Made by a program: the position numbers and the translations under genes. A DNA stretch of 64,000 nt, from positions 64,001-128,000 of IMG/VR virus record IMGVR_UViG_3300035661_000015; one strand, 5' to 3'. The notes below the pieces were generated by a model that had not been told where the DNA came from, searched no databases, and worked only from the letters and a program-made list of their open reading frames with translations. Positions 30,173 through 39,723 of this stretch are shown here, piece after piece. Positions within the stretch are counted from its first letter, which is position 1; the number at the start of each line of letters is the position of its first letter. Source of the stretch: a virus (taxonomy: Duplodnaviria > Heunggongvirae > Uroviricota > Caudoviricetes).

Positions 30173-30625
30173 GTGAATACGAGAACTTTAAGTCAAATGA
30201 TGTACTTATCAAAAATAAATAACGGTTCGTATGATAACCGAATACTTTCAATTGAATTAGAACCTGATTTTCTAGAGTATATCAAAGGTGTTCGGGATAA
30301 GATTTTACAGACAGGTTTAAATATTTTTACGACACGGGTAAGTCATGATACAGTAAAAGCTAGATTTATTAATCCTCAAAATGATTGTTATGAAGATAGG
30401 AGTAAGAAACCATTTTTAGGAGAAGAAGATCGGCTGAGTTATTTTGGATACGATATATGTAAAGATTATTTTCCTAACGAAAACTTTTGGTATGAACAAA
30501 AGCCCGACGTAGTATATCTAGAAATATATAAAGATTACTTTGGCTTTTCTTTTGAAGAAAAGGGTATTCTCCATACCGGATCATTAATAAACCTTATTGA
30601 TTGGGAAATGAATTTTAATATATGA
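30173..30625 (+). CDS. Hypothetical protein
   Basis: 150-aa ORF; start uncertain (ATG near 30198). Confidence 0.5.
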   Translation: MNTRTLSQMMYLSKINNGSYDNRILSIELEPDFLEYIKGVRDKILQTGLNIFTTRVSHDTVKARFINPQNDCYEDRSKKPFLGEEDRLSYFGYDICKDYFPNENFWYEQKPDVVYLEIYKDYFGFSFEEKGILHTGSLINLIDWEMNFNI

Positions 30626-30801
30626 ATAATTATGATGAAGATGAAGAAAAGTGTTTAACAAACCGTGATAAAAAACTCGCCCCGAAACTTGGGATCTACT
30701 GGTGTAGAGGTTGTGATTTTTATTTAGTTAGAAGTCACAAACCCTGTCCTAATTGCAAATATATAAATGGCAAAAAAAGATTTAAAGCAAAAAGAGGTTA
30801 A
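30622..30801 (+). CDS. Small Zn-ribbon protein (59 aa), not in the ORF track
   Basis: WCRGCD...PCPNCK; ATGA-coupled; stop abuts ATG 30802. Confidence 0.6.
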   Translation: MNNYDEDEEKCLTNRDKKLAPKLGIYWCRGCDFYLVRSHKPCPNCKYINGKKRFKAKRG

Positions 30802-31791
30802 ATGATAACTTACAAAAATAAAAAGGTTCTCGTATTTGGGGGCAACGGGTTTTTGGGCAAGCATGTTTGCGAAGAACTACGTGATAACTCCTATGATGTA
30901 TACGCCCCGACCAGTAAAGAAATTAATTTACTGACGGCCACCTGTAATGACCACTACAAATACTATCTAAGGGACCATAATTTAATTAAGGCCCCTAATA
31001 TTTCCCGCTTAGATTATGGAATTAATTTAGCTGCATTACAGGGTGGAATTTTATTTCAGAGAAGTAATCAAGCTAATATCTATCATGACAACTTGATTAT
31101 GGGAATTACAGCTTTTAATCTATTTAAATGGTTGGGAGTAAAGAAAGTTGTTAATGTAGCTACTTCTTGCTCTTACGACTGTTCTAAAGAGGTTTTAGTG
31201 GAAGGAGATTTTTATAATGGAAGGCCCCATGAGTCCGTTGAGTTTTTTGGACTTGCTAAGCGTGGCGTAGAAACCTATGCACGTGCGATGAACAAAAACT
31301 TTGGGACCAGCTTTGTAACATTAGGAATCACAAATTTGTATGGGCCGGGCGACTCGACGGATTTAAATAAAACAAAGGTTACTATGGCTCTTGTCAAAAA
31401 ATTTGTTGATGCCCATATTAATAAAGATCCTTCTGTAATAGTTTATGGTGACGGCTCACCTTTACGCGATCTATTATATGTTGATGATGCGGCATTCTTT
31501 ATTCGTAAAGCAATGGAGAAATATGAGGATAAAGAATCCGTCCTGAATATTGGTAGCGGCAAAGAAATCAGTATTAAAGACTTAGCGGAGAAAGTTAAGG
31601 GGTTGGTGGGTTATGAGGGCGAAATCGAATGGATTAAGTCGGCCCCCAATGGACAAATGCGTAAATTTATAGACTGTTCTAAGCTATCCAAAGAGATTGG
31701 TTTTAATCCAAACTATCTAGTGCCTATTGAGGCGGGCTTACAAAAAACTATCAACTATTATAAAGAGTCCTGTTTTACGGGCGTTTCCTAA
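30802..31791 (+). CDS. GDP-L-fucose synthase-like SDR (Fcl/WcaG family) with altered catalytic residues
   Basis: GGNGFLG; NLAALQGGI; ATSCSY; NLYGPGD; GDGSPLRDLLYVDD; NIGSGKE; PNGQMRK. Confidence 0.85.
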   Translation: MITYKNKKVLVFGGNGFLGKHVCEELRDNSYDVYAPTSKEINLLTATCNDHYKYYLRDHNLIKAPNISRLDYGINLAALQGGILFQRSNQANIYHDNLIMGITAFNLFKWLGVKKVVNVATSCSYDCSKEVLVEGDFYNGRPHESVEFFGLAKRGVETYARAMNKNFGTSFVTLGITNLYGPGDSTDLNKTKVTMALVKKFVDAHINKDPSVIVYGDGSPLRDLLYVDDAAFFIRKAMEKYEDKESVLNIGSGKEISIKDLAEKVKGLVGYEGEIEWIKSAPNGQMRKFIDCSKLSKEIGFNPNYLVPIEAGLQKTINYYKESCFTGVS

Positions 31792-31841
31792 TTTTTCCAT
31801 CCCAATGTGCCGAGATCTGGGTATATATTAATGTACCCTTT

Positions 31842-32324
31842 TTGATTCTCGTACATTGGATAGGAAGAATAATGAAAAAAATAGGTTTCTTTGTAGACAA
31901 ACTTGATAGTTCTGAACTTGCTTTTTTAATTTTAAATCAGGTCAATAAGAATGCCGATGTAAAAATAGACGCAACTATATTCACCACCTCACCATCTCTG
32001 CCTATGGTTTTACCTCAATGTGCTGTTATGGGGGCCGTTGAACTTTATGACTACGATGGAGTCGCCGTAGCAACATCCTTAGAAACGGCTCAAATTTTAT
32101 CTAATATGATTGGGCCGAAGAAAAAGGTTTTTTATATTTGGGACTTAGAATGGATGCGTATTCCACAAAAGTCCTATGAGGCCCTAGCCCCAATTTACCA
32201 AGACCCCCAGTTTATCATAGCTGCCCGATCTAACGAGCACGCTAAGGTTATTGAGAACGCTTGGAATATTAAGGTAAATATAATTAATCCGAATGTTGAG
32301 ATTGGGGGGTTTATCAATGTCTAA
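31842..32324 (+). CDS. Hypothetical protein, glycosyltransferase-like fragment
   Basis: VAVATSLETA; FYIWDLEW; ARSNEHA; start probably ATG 31872. Confidence 0.5.
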   Translation: MILVHWIGRIMKKIGFFVDKLDSSELAFLILNQVNKNADVKIDATIFTTSPSLPMVLPQCAVMGAVELYDYDGVAVATSLETAQILSNMIGPKKKVFYIWDLEWMRIPQKSYEALAPIYQDPQFIIAARSNEHAKVIENAWNIKVNIINPNVEIGGFINV

Positions 32325-33093
32325 GCCCCTACTCTTCACCAAAGACTTTTTAGAAAAAGAACTTCAAACAAAAAGCCCCGGACAAATAGCCGACGAAAAT
32401 TCCACATATACTAAAAAAATACAAAGACTGATGACTTACTATGGAATTAAGGGTCGGAGTAAATCGGAGGCTACTTCACTTGCCCTAAAAGAAGGTCGTA
32501 TCAAACATCCGACAGCGGGCCGCGAAAGAACCGAAGATGAAAAGATGCGGATTGCAAAGGGGTTAGTGGACACCTATACAGCCCTCGACCAAAAAGAAAA
32601 AGAACGTCGTACTCAAGTCTGTAAAGAAAAGTGGGACAATAGGCCCCCTGAGAAAAAAGCCGCTATGCACCAAAAAGCTATGGAAGGAATCAGGGAGGCG
32701 AGTCGAACGGGCTCTAAGTTAGAAAAATATATTAACGAACGTCTCAATGACCTTGGTTTTCCCGCTTATCTTCATAAGGCCGACCTTATCAATGAGAATT
32801 TAGAGTGCGATATAACCATATCAAGCGTAGGGGTTTACATCGAATTAGACGGTCTCTCTCATTATGAACCAATCTTCGGAGAAGAAAAGTTAATTAAAAC
32901 TATGGCATCTGACCATGAGAAAAACGCGATCGTCATTGGTAGCGGTGGTATTATGATCAGAGTAAAAGTTGAACAATCTTCTGAAAGCACTGTACATCGT
33001 GAACGATTTATGGTACAATTAGTAGATCTTCTCAACAGTATAAAAGAAAAAAGACCAGGACAAATAGATAGTTTGATCAATATTACTTATTAA
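32317..33093 (+). CDS. Putative endonuclease: basic helical DNA-binding region plus DUF559/Vsr-like PD-(D/E)XK domain
   Basis: SKLEKYI; ECDI..; IELDGLSHY; DHEKN. Confidence 0.7.
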   Translation: MSKPLLFTKDFLEKELQTKSPGQIADENSTYTKKIQRLMTYYGIKGRSKSEATSLALKEGRIKHPTAGRERTEDEKMRIAKGLVDTYTALDQKEKERRTQVCKEKWDNRPPEKKAAMHQKAMEGIREASRTGSKLEKYINERLNDLGFPAYLHKADLINENLECDITISSVGVYIELDGLSHYEPIFGEEKLIKTMASDHEKNAIVIGSGGIMIRVKVEQSSESTVHRERFMVQLVDLLNSIKEKRPGQIDSLINITY

Positions 33094-33111
33094 GGAAAAG
33101 AGAAAAGTTAA

Positions 33112-33858
33112 ATGGCAAAGAAAAAAATTGAAACCCCACTGTTTGAAGTCGAGTTAGCGGAAAATGTAGGCGTAGATGTAGATGTAGATGAAACAATCAT
33201 ACCGCTTGAATTAGATATTACTGACGAAAAGTGGCAAGATTATATCTTTAGTTTCTTACAGGAGGATGAGGTTTTTAATGGACGACCAACCGTAGATGGT
33301 TTAAGACGAATAACAGAATTGGTTATGGGGCCAATTGTGCAAAGTTCGGCCAATGTCGTTACTTTTCCAAGTGATAAAAATAATAGGGCTATTGTCAATT
33401 ACACTATCGCTGTAAATGTTCTTAAGGGTGATGTCCATTTTAAGGGCGAAGTTCATCCTGGATATCTAAAAGTAGTCACAGAGCCGGGCGAATGCAATGA
33501 ATTAAATACCGACGAACATATGTGGCCCCATATGACTTCATACGCGGCGACTCGTGGTGAAGGTCGTGCTTTGCGAAAACTTTTGAAATTGCGTAAGGTA
33601 ACGGTCGCTGAAGAAGTTAAGGAAGAAGATGTAGCGACTATTCCGGATTGGGCAACTATTAATAATAATCAAATTAATCTTATGAAGATTTTAACTAAAC
33701 GTGTCGGTATCGACCTTGTTAAGTTTTATAATTCGGGCAAGCATAAGTATGGTAAGATTGAGGATATCAGTGAAGTAGCTGCACAAAAGATGTTAGCTCA
33801 ACTAAATAACTTTCAAAATGGTTCGACACCAATTCCTAGTGAATTAAAAATTAAATGA
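33112..33858 (+). CDS. Putative single-strand annealing protein (Rad52/Sak-like)
   Basis: PTVDGLRR; AATRGEGRALRKLL; VAEE; resemblance only. Confidence 0.4.
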   Translation: MAKKKIETPLFEVELAENVGVDVDVDETIIPLELDITDEKWQDYIFSFLQEDEVFNGRPTVDGLRRITELVMGPIVQSSANVVTFPSDKNNRAIVNYTIAVNVLKGDVHFKGEVHPGYLKVVTEPGECNELNTDEHMWPHMTSYAATRGEGRALRKLLKLRKVTVAEEVKEEDVATIPDWATINNNQINLMKILTKRVGIDLVKFYNSGKHKYGKIEDISEVAAQKMLAQLNNFQNGSTPIPSELKIK

Positions 33859-33989
33859 GTGATAATAATATTGAAAAACAAATCGCCGAAGAAATGGCCA
33901 ATAGGCTATTAGATAAAGTCAATAGGGATTTTATACGAAAAAAAAGAAATTATAATTATATAACCGCGTGGTCTTAAGAAAGGTACAAT

Positions 33990-34439
33990 ATGAAACTTAC
34001 AGTACAATTATCGAAAGCCCTATCAGTTGAAATCGAAGGGGCTACACAAAAGAAATTGTTTGACGCCCTTGTAGAAGCCGAAAAATTAAAAGAGATCTTC
34101 GCCCCACGCTGCTGTGGTGTTTGTGGATGTAAGGATATTGGCTACAATCTACGAGAGGCAAAGTATACCGACGACAGGGGTAAAGAAAAAACCGCCTTCT
34201 ATCCTGAAATATTCTGCAAGAATGTTTATAATGAGGATGAGTCAGATAATTGTGGTGCTAAATTACCCGTTCATCAAAACGAGATTGGCGAAACACTCTA
34301 CACTACAGAGAAAAAGAACGGCAAGGTTCTTCCTAATGGTGGCTGGTCAACAAAATTCCGCTATCGCCCCTATAAGCCAAAAGATGATGAGGAGGGTGAT
34401 AAGCCCGCACCAAACGTTAGTCCGAAGGACAAAAATTAA
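33990..34439 (+). CDS. Hypothetical Zn-binding protein
   Basis: CGVCGC...C...CGA; AAGG upstream. Confidence 0.6.
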   Translation: MKLTVQLSKALSVEIEGATQKKLFDALVEAEKLKEIFAPRCCGVCGCKDIGYNLREAKYTDDRGKEKTAFYPEIFCKNVYNEDESDNCGAKLPVHQNEIGETLYTTEKKNGKVLPNGGWSTKFRYRPYKPKDDEEGDKPAPNVSPKDKN

Positions 34440-34464
34440 ACGCCCCCTAACTTGTTCCACTAAC

Positions 34465-34498
34465 AATAAAAAAGGCCCCTTTCGGGGCCTTTTTTATT
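34465..34498. terminator. Bidirectional intrinsic terminator between the convergent gene blocks
   Basis: AATAAAAAAGGCCCC-TTTC-GGGGCCTTTTTTATT, a perfect inverted repeat. Confidence 0.9.
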
Positions 34499-37400
34499 TA
34501 ACAGTCTGAGCTAATCGCCTTATACTTATTCTCAAGAGCAAAGAACCCAAAGTAAATATGTTTTCCACTCGGAACCGTCACATTCAAATCATTATAAATT
34601 AAAATTCTGTCCATGTTAGTTCCATTTCCAAGTACTACGTCCACATATCCACTTGAGTTAGCAACAATTCCACCACTGATTGTTATACCATCAAAAAGAC
34701 TAGGTTGAGCCCAAACCTTTCTATATGGACACCAACGTATATCAGCTAATGTTCCTGCCTTCCATAAGTCCTGTCTCTTTAATCCATTCGTATAAAAATT
34801 ATTAGATAAATCCGCATTATAAACACCTGTTAGTGGAATCCCGGAAACATTATAACCACTCGCGTTAGGAACCGGCTTACCCCAAACATCATATCCAAAA
34901 CCGGCCAATGACATCGGCCCCTTCATTCCTATAAATCTTGTATTCGAGTAATCGATTCCACGCTTCGGCACATTTAACCCATTGTAACCACTTCCCCAAC
35001 TCACCCACTGAATATCAGAACCACTACACCAAGGTGTTACAGTGTCATTTGTTTGTGCTGAAATCAGTCTTGTGTCAGCGGCCTCATAGTGAGGTAAGAA
35101 ACCCGATCCCAATGTTTTATTTGTGCTCATTGGTCTTAATAAACCATCCATCGACATGGCGGCGGTTCTTTGATACACGGAAGTCTTAGTAACTTTAATA
35201 TTAGCTACAGACTCTTTATATTTTTGAGAACTAACGAGTGATAACATACTATCGCCCGAAGGATTCATACGACTGTGGCCAACAATAACACCTTGCGGAC
35301 TCTCTTGATTAACAGCAACGCCAAGCCTAGTTAACATTCCTGCATTATAACTTCCCACCAAAGCATTAGATTGTTTTCTTTGAAGCTCGGCAATTCGCAT
35401 TCTTTTTCTTAGGGCAACCAAAGCTGTACCAATTTTTTGAACACGCTCCGCCTGTGCTTTAGCAAAAACTCCTCGTCTTGGAGTATAGGTATGAAGTCCA
35501 TATTTTGTTTTAACTCCATCGATACCATAACTTAAACTAACCGAAGTAATTTCACTACCGGCCCCAACTAATTGATCACCAATAGATTTTTCTGGAAATC
35601 CTGGTAATTCAACATTTCCGGTTTCAGCGGAAAGAAATAGGGTGGCGGCGTTTATGATTCGGGCGTTCGCGGCCTGATTTAGTGCCGTATATCCGCCATA
35701 TGTCCACGGATTAAGAGACGAATCTATCTCTATGGTCGTTTTGCCCTGTGGGCCGATTTTACCCCACGGTCCATAATTATCAATATTTGACCTAATGGGA
35801 AGGGCAATATAGTCCGGAGCATAAGCACGTGGATAAATCCTCATAGGGAAAGTTTCACCATAATTATCACAGGCATTAATTAAAATTGTCGGAGTTGTTC
35901 CTAAGATAGCCGCTATATCGGCTATATTCCCAAGCGAAGAATCAGATTGAGAAAAGAGGGGCTGATCATAATTAATTAGGGCGGCGTAATTATTTGTTCC
36001 GGGGATTTTATAAATAGTCTCTTGAACATTACACCCAATATAAAGAGATGTAAAAGAATTTGATCCGGCTGGTACATCTTGTAAAACACTTGAGTCCGGA
36101 TTTACATTTGATAAGTCGGCTAAATTTAAATCAGTTTGAAAAAGAGAGAATGCTTTAAATTTTCCTTCTTCGTCTAAAAATGTTAACTCGTTTAAATACG
36201 ATAGGCCAAGCGGACTAGATCCCTCTGGTAAATATGCACTATTTGTAGGTACATAGGCATACTTTACATTATTAGTTTCTGACTCAAGTTGTAGGGCGTT
36301 AAAGGTTGGCATAACAACCATAAATTGTTTACCATAATAAGTTTCAGCCGTTGCCTTAACAAAGTCATAAAGCTTACCAGTTAAGTTAACAATATGCGAT
36401 GTAATACCGGATGAAACAATATTTGCTGTAAAAACATCATCGGCAATAAAGTCCGTTATGATATCGGCGATAGGAGAATTATCATTAGAAACCGCACTAA
36501 AAATACCGAGATCTTGGGCAATTGAAGTTTTTTGCGTAGCGACATAGGCGGCCCATGAATCATAATCGGCCAAAGCACATCTTAGTTCAGCAAAACTTAC
36601 ATTATATTTTAAAGTAGGTATTGTTAAGTATCCTAAAACATCGGCTATTGGGGCGGCATTTAAATCAACTCTATAATAATCGCCAACACCACTTCCTATA
36701 ACCGGGGTTCCATCTGTATTCAGACCGAAAAATGGATATACATTCGAGCCCGTATTAGTAATGAGTGAAAGTTGTTCTTGCTGGCCACCAATTAAAAATA
36801 TGCTGGTCGGCTCATTCCTAAGTTCAAGACCTCTATCACTAGAGATTACATTTGACTGAGCATTTATAAAATCATGAATTTGATTTAGTGTTGGTTGTAC
36901 GGTTCGGTCAATAGATTTAAAAGAAATTGTATGGGGACCATATCCCGCACCTGTAGTCAAAACTGTAATATAATCGTGGCCCGCCTCACTGTATAATCCA
37001 TTGAATAAATCAGACAGTGAAATCGTTGGTCCATTTATTCTATAGTAAGATGGCACTCCAAGATCAGCTTGTATTCCTGATAAATTTAATACATAGTGAT
37101 GGTTATTAAAATAAATTCCAGAGCCATATACGCCACCACCCGCCCCATTATTCACAATGGACTCTAGGGCCGGTTTAACGCCAAGGTATCCGACGCCACT
37201 AATACTAAGTGCCCCAGATGCCGAAACGCTTAAAGCACTAATAGGATAGTTCCAAGGGGCTCCACCCGCATTTGTTAGGGCCGAACCAAAACCATAAAGG
37301 TTTTCCTGAAAGCCATAAGTATTAATTACATTAGGAACGTCCGAAACACTTCCTCTAAAACCATCAACAATAACTTGAACGCCACCTAACAAATCGCCAA

Positions 37401-37650
37401 CAGATTGAAGGTATGCCGTAATAAGCGTACCCCCAGTCCCCGACGACCGCGTATGATATTGAAGTAAACCATCAAACCTAAAACCACTAACCTCAATACT
37501 TGCTGGACTACCTATCGGCGGGGGAGAAAAAACTTGACCAATACTATTATCTTCAACCAAATCAATTCTTACCCCGATAGGTTGATCACCAAGATTGCCG
37601 TTTGCTTCAAAGCCCCTAACGGTCGCTCCTAAAAAATTATATGTTTGCAT
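34498..37650 (-). CDS. Large tail/baseplate protein (1050 aa)
   Basis: Gly/Ser/Thr-rich, beta-rich; second gene downstream of the tape measure. Confidence 0.6.
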   Translation of the reverse strand: MQTYNFLGATVRGFEANGNLGDQPIGVRIDLVEDNSIGQVFSPPPIGSPASIEVSGFRFDGLLQYHTRSSGTGGTLITAYLQSVGDLLGGVQVIVDGFRGSVSDVPNVINTYGFQENLYGFGSALTNAGGAPWNYPISALSVSASGALSISGVGYLGVKPALESIVNNGAGGGVYGSGIYFNNHHYVLNLSGIQADLGVPSYYRINGPTISLSDLFNGLYSEAGHDYITVLTTGAGYGPHTISFKSIDRTVQPTLNQIHDFINAQSNVISSDRGLELRNEPTSIFLIGGQQEQLSLITNTGSNVYPFFGLNTDGTPVIGSGVGDYYRVDLNAAPIADVLGYLTIPTLKYNVSFAELRCALADYDSWAAYVATQKTSIAQDLGIFSAVSNDNSPIADIITDFIADDVFTANIVSSGITSHIVNLTGKLYDFVKATAETYYGKQFMVVMPTFNALQLESETNNVKYAYVPTNSAYLPEGSSPLGLSYLNELTFLDEEGKFKAFSLFQTDLNLADLSNVNPDSSVLQDVPAGSNSFTSLYIGCNVQETIYKIPGTNNYAALINYDQPLFSQSDSSLGNIADIAAILGTTPTILINACDNYGETFPMRIYPRAYAPDYIALPIRSNIDNYGPWGKIGPQGKTTIEIDSSLNPWTYGGYTALNQAANARIINAATLFLSAETGNVELPGFPEKSIGDQLVGAGSEITSVSLSYGIDGVKTKYGLHTYTPRRGVFAKAQAERVQKIGTALVALRKRMRIAELQRKQSNALVGSYNAGMLTRLGVAVNQESPQGVIVGHSRMNPSGDSMLSLVSSQKYKESVANIKVTKTSVYQRTAAMSMDGLLRPMSTNKTLGSGFLPHYEAADTRLISAQTNDTVTPWCSGSDIQWVSWGSGYNGLNVPKRGIDYSNTRFIGMKGPMSLAGFGYDVWGKPVPNASGYNVSGIPLTGVYNADLSNNFYTNGLKRQDLWKAGTLADIRWCPYRKVWAQPSLFDGITISGGIVANSSGYVDVVLGNGTNMDRILIYNDLNVTVPSGKHIYFGFFALENKYKAISSDC

Positions 37651-37656
37651 TTTTTA

Positions 37657-39723
37657 TTATCCTGAATACGGGAATGTTTGCGAATACGTATATCTTCCAT
37701 TTTGAATACTAAAACTTTCAGTTGGATCTAAGGCATATGTTCCGATTGGTCTAAGACCACTAGGAGTAAATAAAAGGATTGGAGCGGGGTTTGGTTTCGC
37801 CGCATATAAACTTGAATATCCGCCCGTTCCTATAGGAACAACTAACTCAATACTAATTGTTACAGATCTTTGAGTTGGGGTTGAAATATTTTGCGTAATA
37901 GGTCCGCTTGATCTTCCGGGTATTGGAATAACCGCATAGGTATCGCCGCCACCATTATTGGTCATAGTTATAATTTCGGACAAAGCCCCACTAAAGATTG
38001 GCGGTGCGGTCGAATCATAACTATAATTATATGAAACCGTTCCACCTATAGGATTTCTACCTTCCGAAATACTAACGTAAACCCCGGTATTAACAAGTGG
38101 ACTTCCGTACATAATAGCACGCATTGGGATAAGCGGAGAAATAGAGGCGTAGTAACCGCTTGCATTAGCATACTTGACCGCTTGAATATCTGACCCCGAA
38201 ACGCCAACCGAATAAATATTTGTCGCAAGCCCTATAATATTTCCATTGACCGACACTTTTGTAACGCCATCGCCTCTGTCAAAACTCTTAGATACTTCAT
38301 ATTGCTCAATAACAGAGTCTAGGGGGCGATTCGTATAGGTGAAGGAAAAGTTAATTGAGCCATTAATAATGTCTTCTGACTGTGAGGCATCGGCGGGCGT
38401 CGGCATAAGGCCCGAAACCTTTGAGTATTGTGTGGCGTAATTATAAAAGCCGCTCGCCGCCACAAGTTGATCAAAGGCGTATTGGGCGGTTGCAAGTTTA
38501 GTGGTTGGGTCGCTGAACGATCTACCAATAATATTGCCGTCGACTTTAACCGTAATTATATAATCTTCTAGGGACTGAGTTCTTACGACACTTAACTCCA
38601 TCCTTGTTCCACTTGTTCCGGTTGACCTATTATCATAACTTGTATTATAATTGACCGTACCGTTAGTGGGGTCATAATCGATGTTAGAAACGGAGGGGAG
38701 ATTATTTAAATTAATGCCGGAAGAAATTAACCCACTCGCACGAGTAAATAATTGACCCGCCACATAATTATCATAATACAACTTGGCATTCGTAAAACGT
38801 GTGACGTAATCATTTAAATTTACGTAAAGTCCCTTGATCTGACCCTGAATCGAAACTGACTGAGTAAAATTACTACCCTCAAAAGCATTAGTAACATTGG
38901 CCGTATAGTTTTCAACCGCATTACCACTCGCCAAAATCCATGTTTCATTAACACCGTAAGAGCCGCCTAACTCGTCAATATTTTCTGTACGAGAATAGTT
39001 ATAGGGGTTAAGGCCAGTTAAATTAAGGGTCGAATTAGCAAAAACTGAAGATCCTGCGATTAGGCCAAGACCCGGATTCGTGTTATATCCAAGTCCAAGT
39101 TGATTATTAACAAAACTACGGGCATACTCCCAAGCCGAAGACGGCCTAACTCCACTTAAATAATAAGTCTGCCCAACCGCATTAGTATTGTGACTTAAGC
39201 TATATGTATAGGGCGTATCGCCGGGATTAACTTCCCATGTATCGGTGGCCGAAGCAATTTTTTCCGAAAACGCCACATCATTTTCCGCTGAGAATGGACT
39301 ATCAATAAAATCATTAACACCTAACTCTATAGTATAATCACTCCTATCTGTCCAAATACCTTCGGCAAAATTAATATCACCCCTTATAACTGGATAACAA
39401 CTTACGGGAGTAGAGGTATTGTCCGGAGATTGGTATTGAAATAATTTTCCATCTTGTGAAAAAAGCGACCTTAAAGCTTCCTGTTTTCTTGATGTTGACG
39501 CTAACCTACTAACCTGTGCTATATTTTCATCAGCAAGGTCCGCACCGCCAACGGTAGAAAAAACGCCGGAGGAGTTTGGGGAACCCCTCCAAGCGATCAA
39601 TGAACCATTTAAAACGATCGTATAATTAACACCCAATTTTGTTTCATCGCCCGCCCTAGAAAATGACTTTCTGTAATTAACTAGGGGGGCTGGTGTCAAC
39701 CGATAACCATTATATGATAACAT
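37657..39723 (-). CDS. Tail protein (distal tail/hub candidate) with internally repeated domains
   Basis: Directly after the tape measure; repeated V.G.I.G...YAxAxxYY...GT(V/I)xYxxSYD units. Confidence 0.6.
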   Translation of the reverse strand: MLSYNGYRLTPAPLVNYRKSFSRAGDETKLGVNYTIVLNGSLIAWRGSPNSSGVFSTVGGADLADENIAQVSRLASTSRKQEALRSLFSQDGKLFQYQSPDNTSTPVSCYPVIRGDINFAEGIWTDRSDYTIELGVNDFIDSPFSAENDVAFSEKIASATDTWEVNPGDTPYTYSLSHNTNAVGQTYYLSGVRPSSAWEYARSFVNNQLGLGYNTNPGLGLIAGSSVFANSTLNLTGLNPYNYSRTENIDELGGSYGVNETWILASGNAVENYTANVTNAFEGSNFTQSVSIQGQIKGLYVNLNDYVTRFTNAKLYYDNYVAGQLFTRASGLISSGINLNNLPSVSNIDYDPTNGTVNYNTSYDNRSTGTSGTRMELSVVRTQSLEDYIITVKVDGNIIGRSFSDPTTKLATAQYAFDQLVAASGFYNYATQYSKVSGLMPTPADASQSEDIINGSINFSFTYTNRPLDSVIEQYEVSKSFDRGDGVTKVSVNGNIIGLATNIYSVGVSGSDIQAVKYANASGYYASISPLIPMRAIMYGSPLVNTGVYVSISEGRNPIGGTVSYNYSYDSTAPPIFSGALSEIITMTNNGGGDTYAVIPIPGRSSGPITQNISTPTQRSVTISIELVVPIGTGGYSSLYAAKPNPAPILLFTPSGLRPIGTYALDPTESFSIQNGRYTYSQTFPYSG

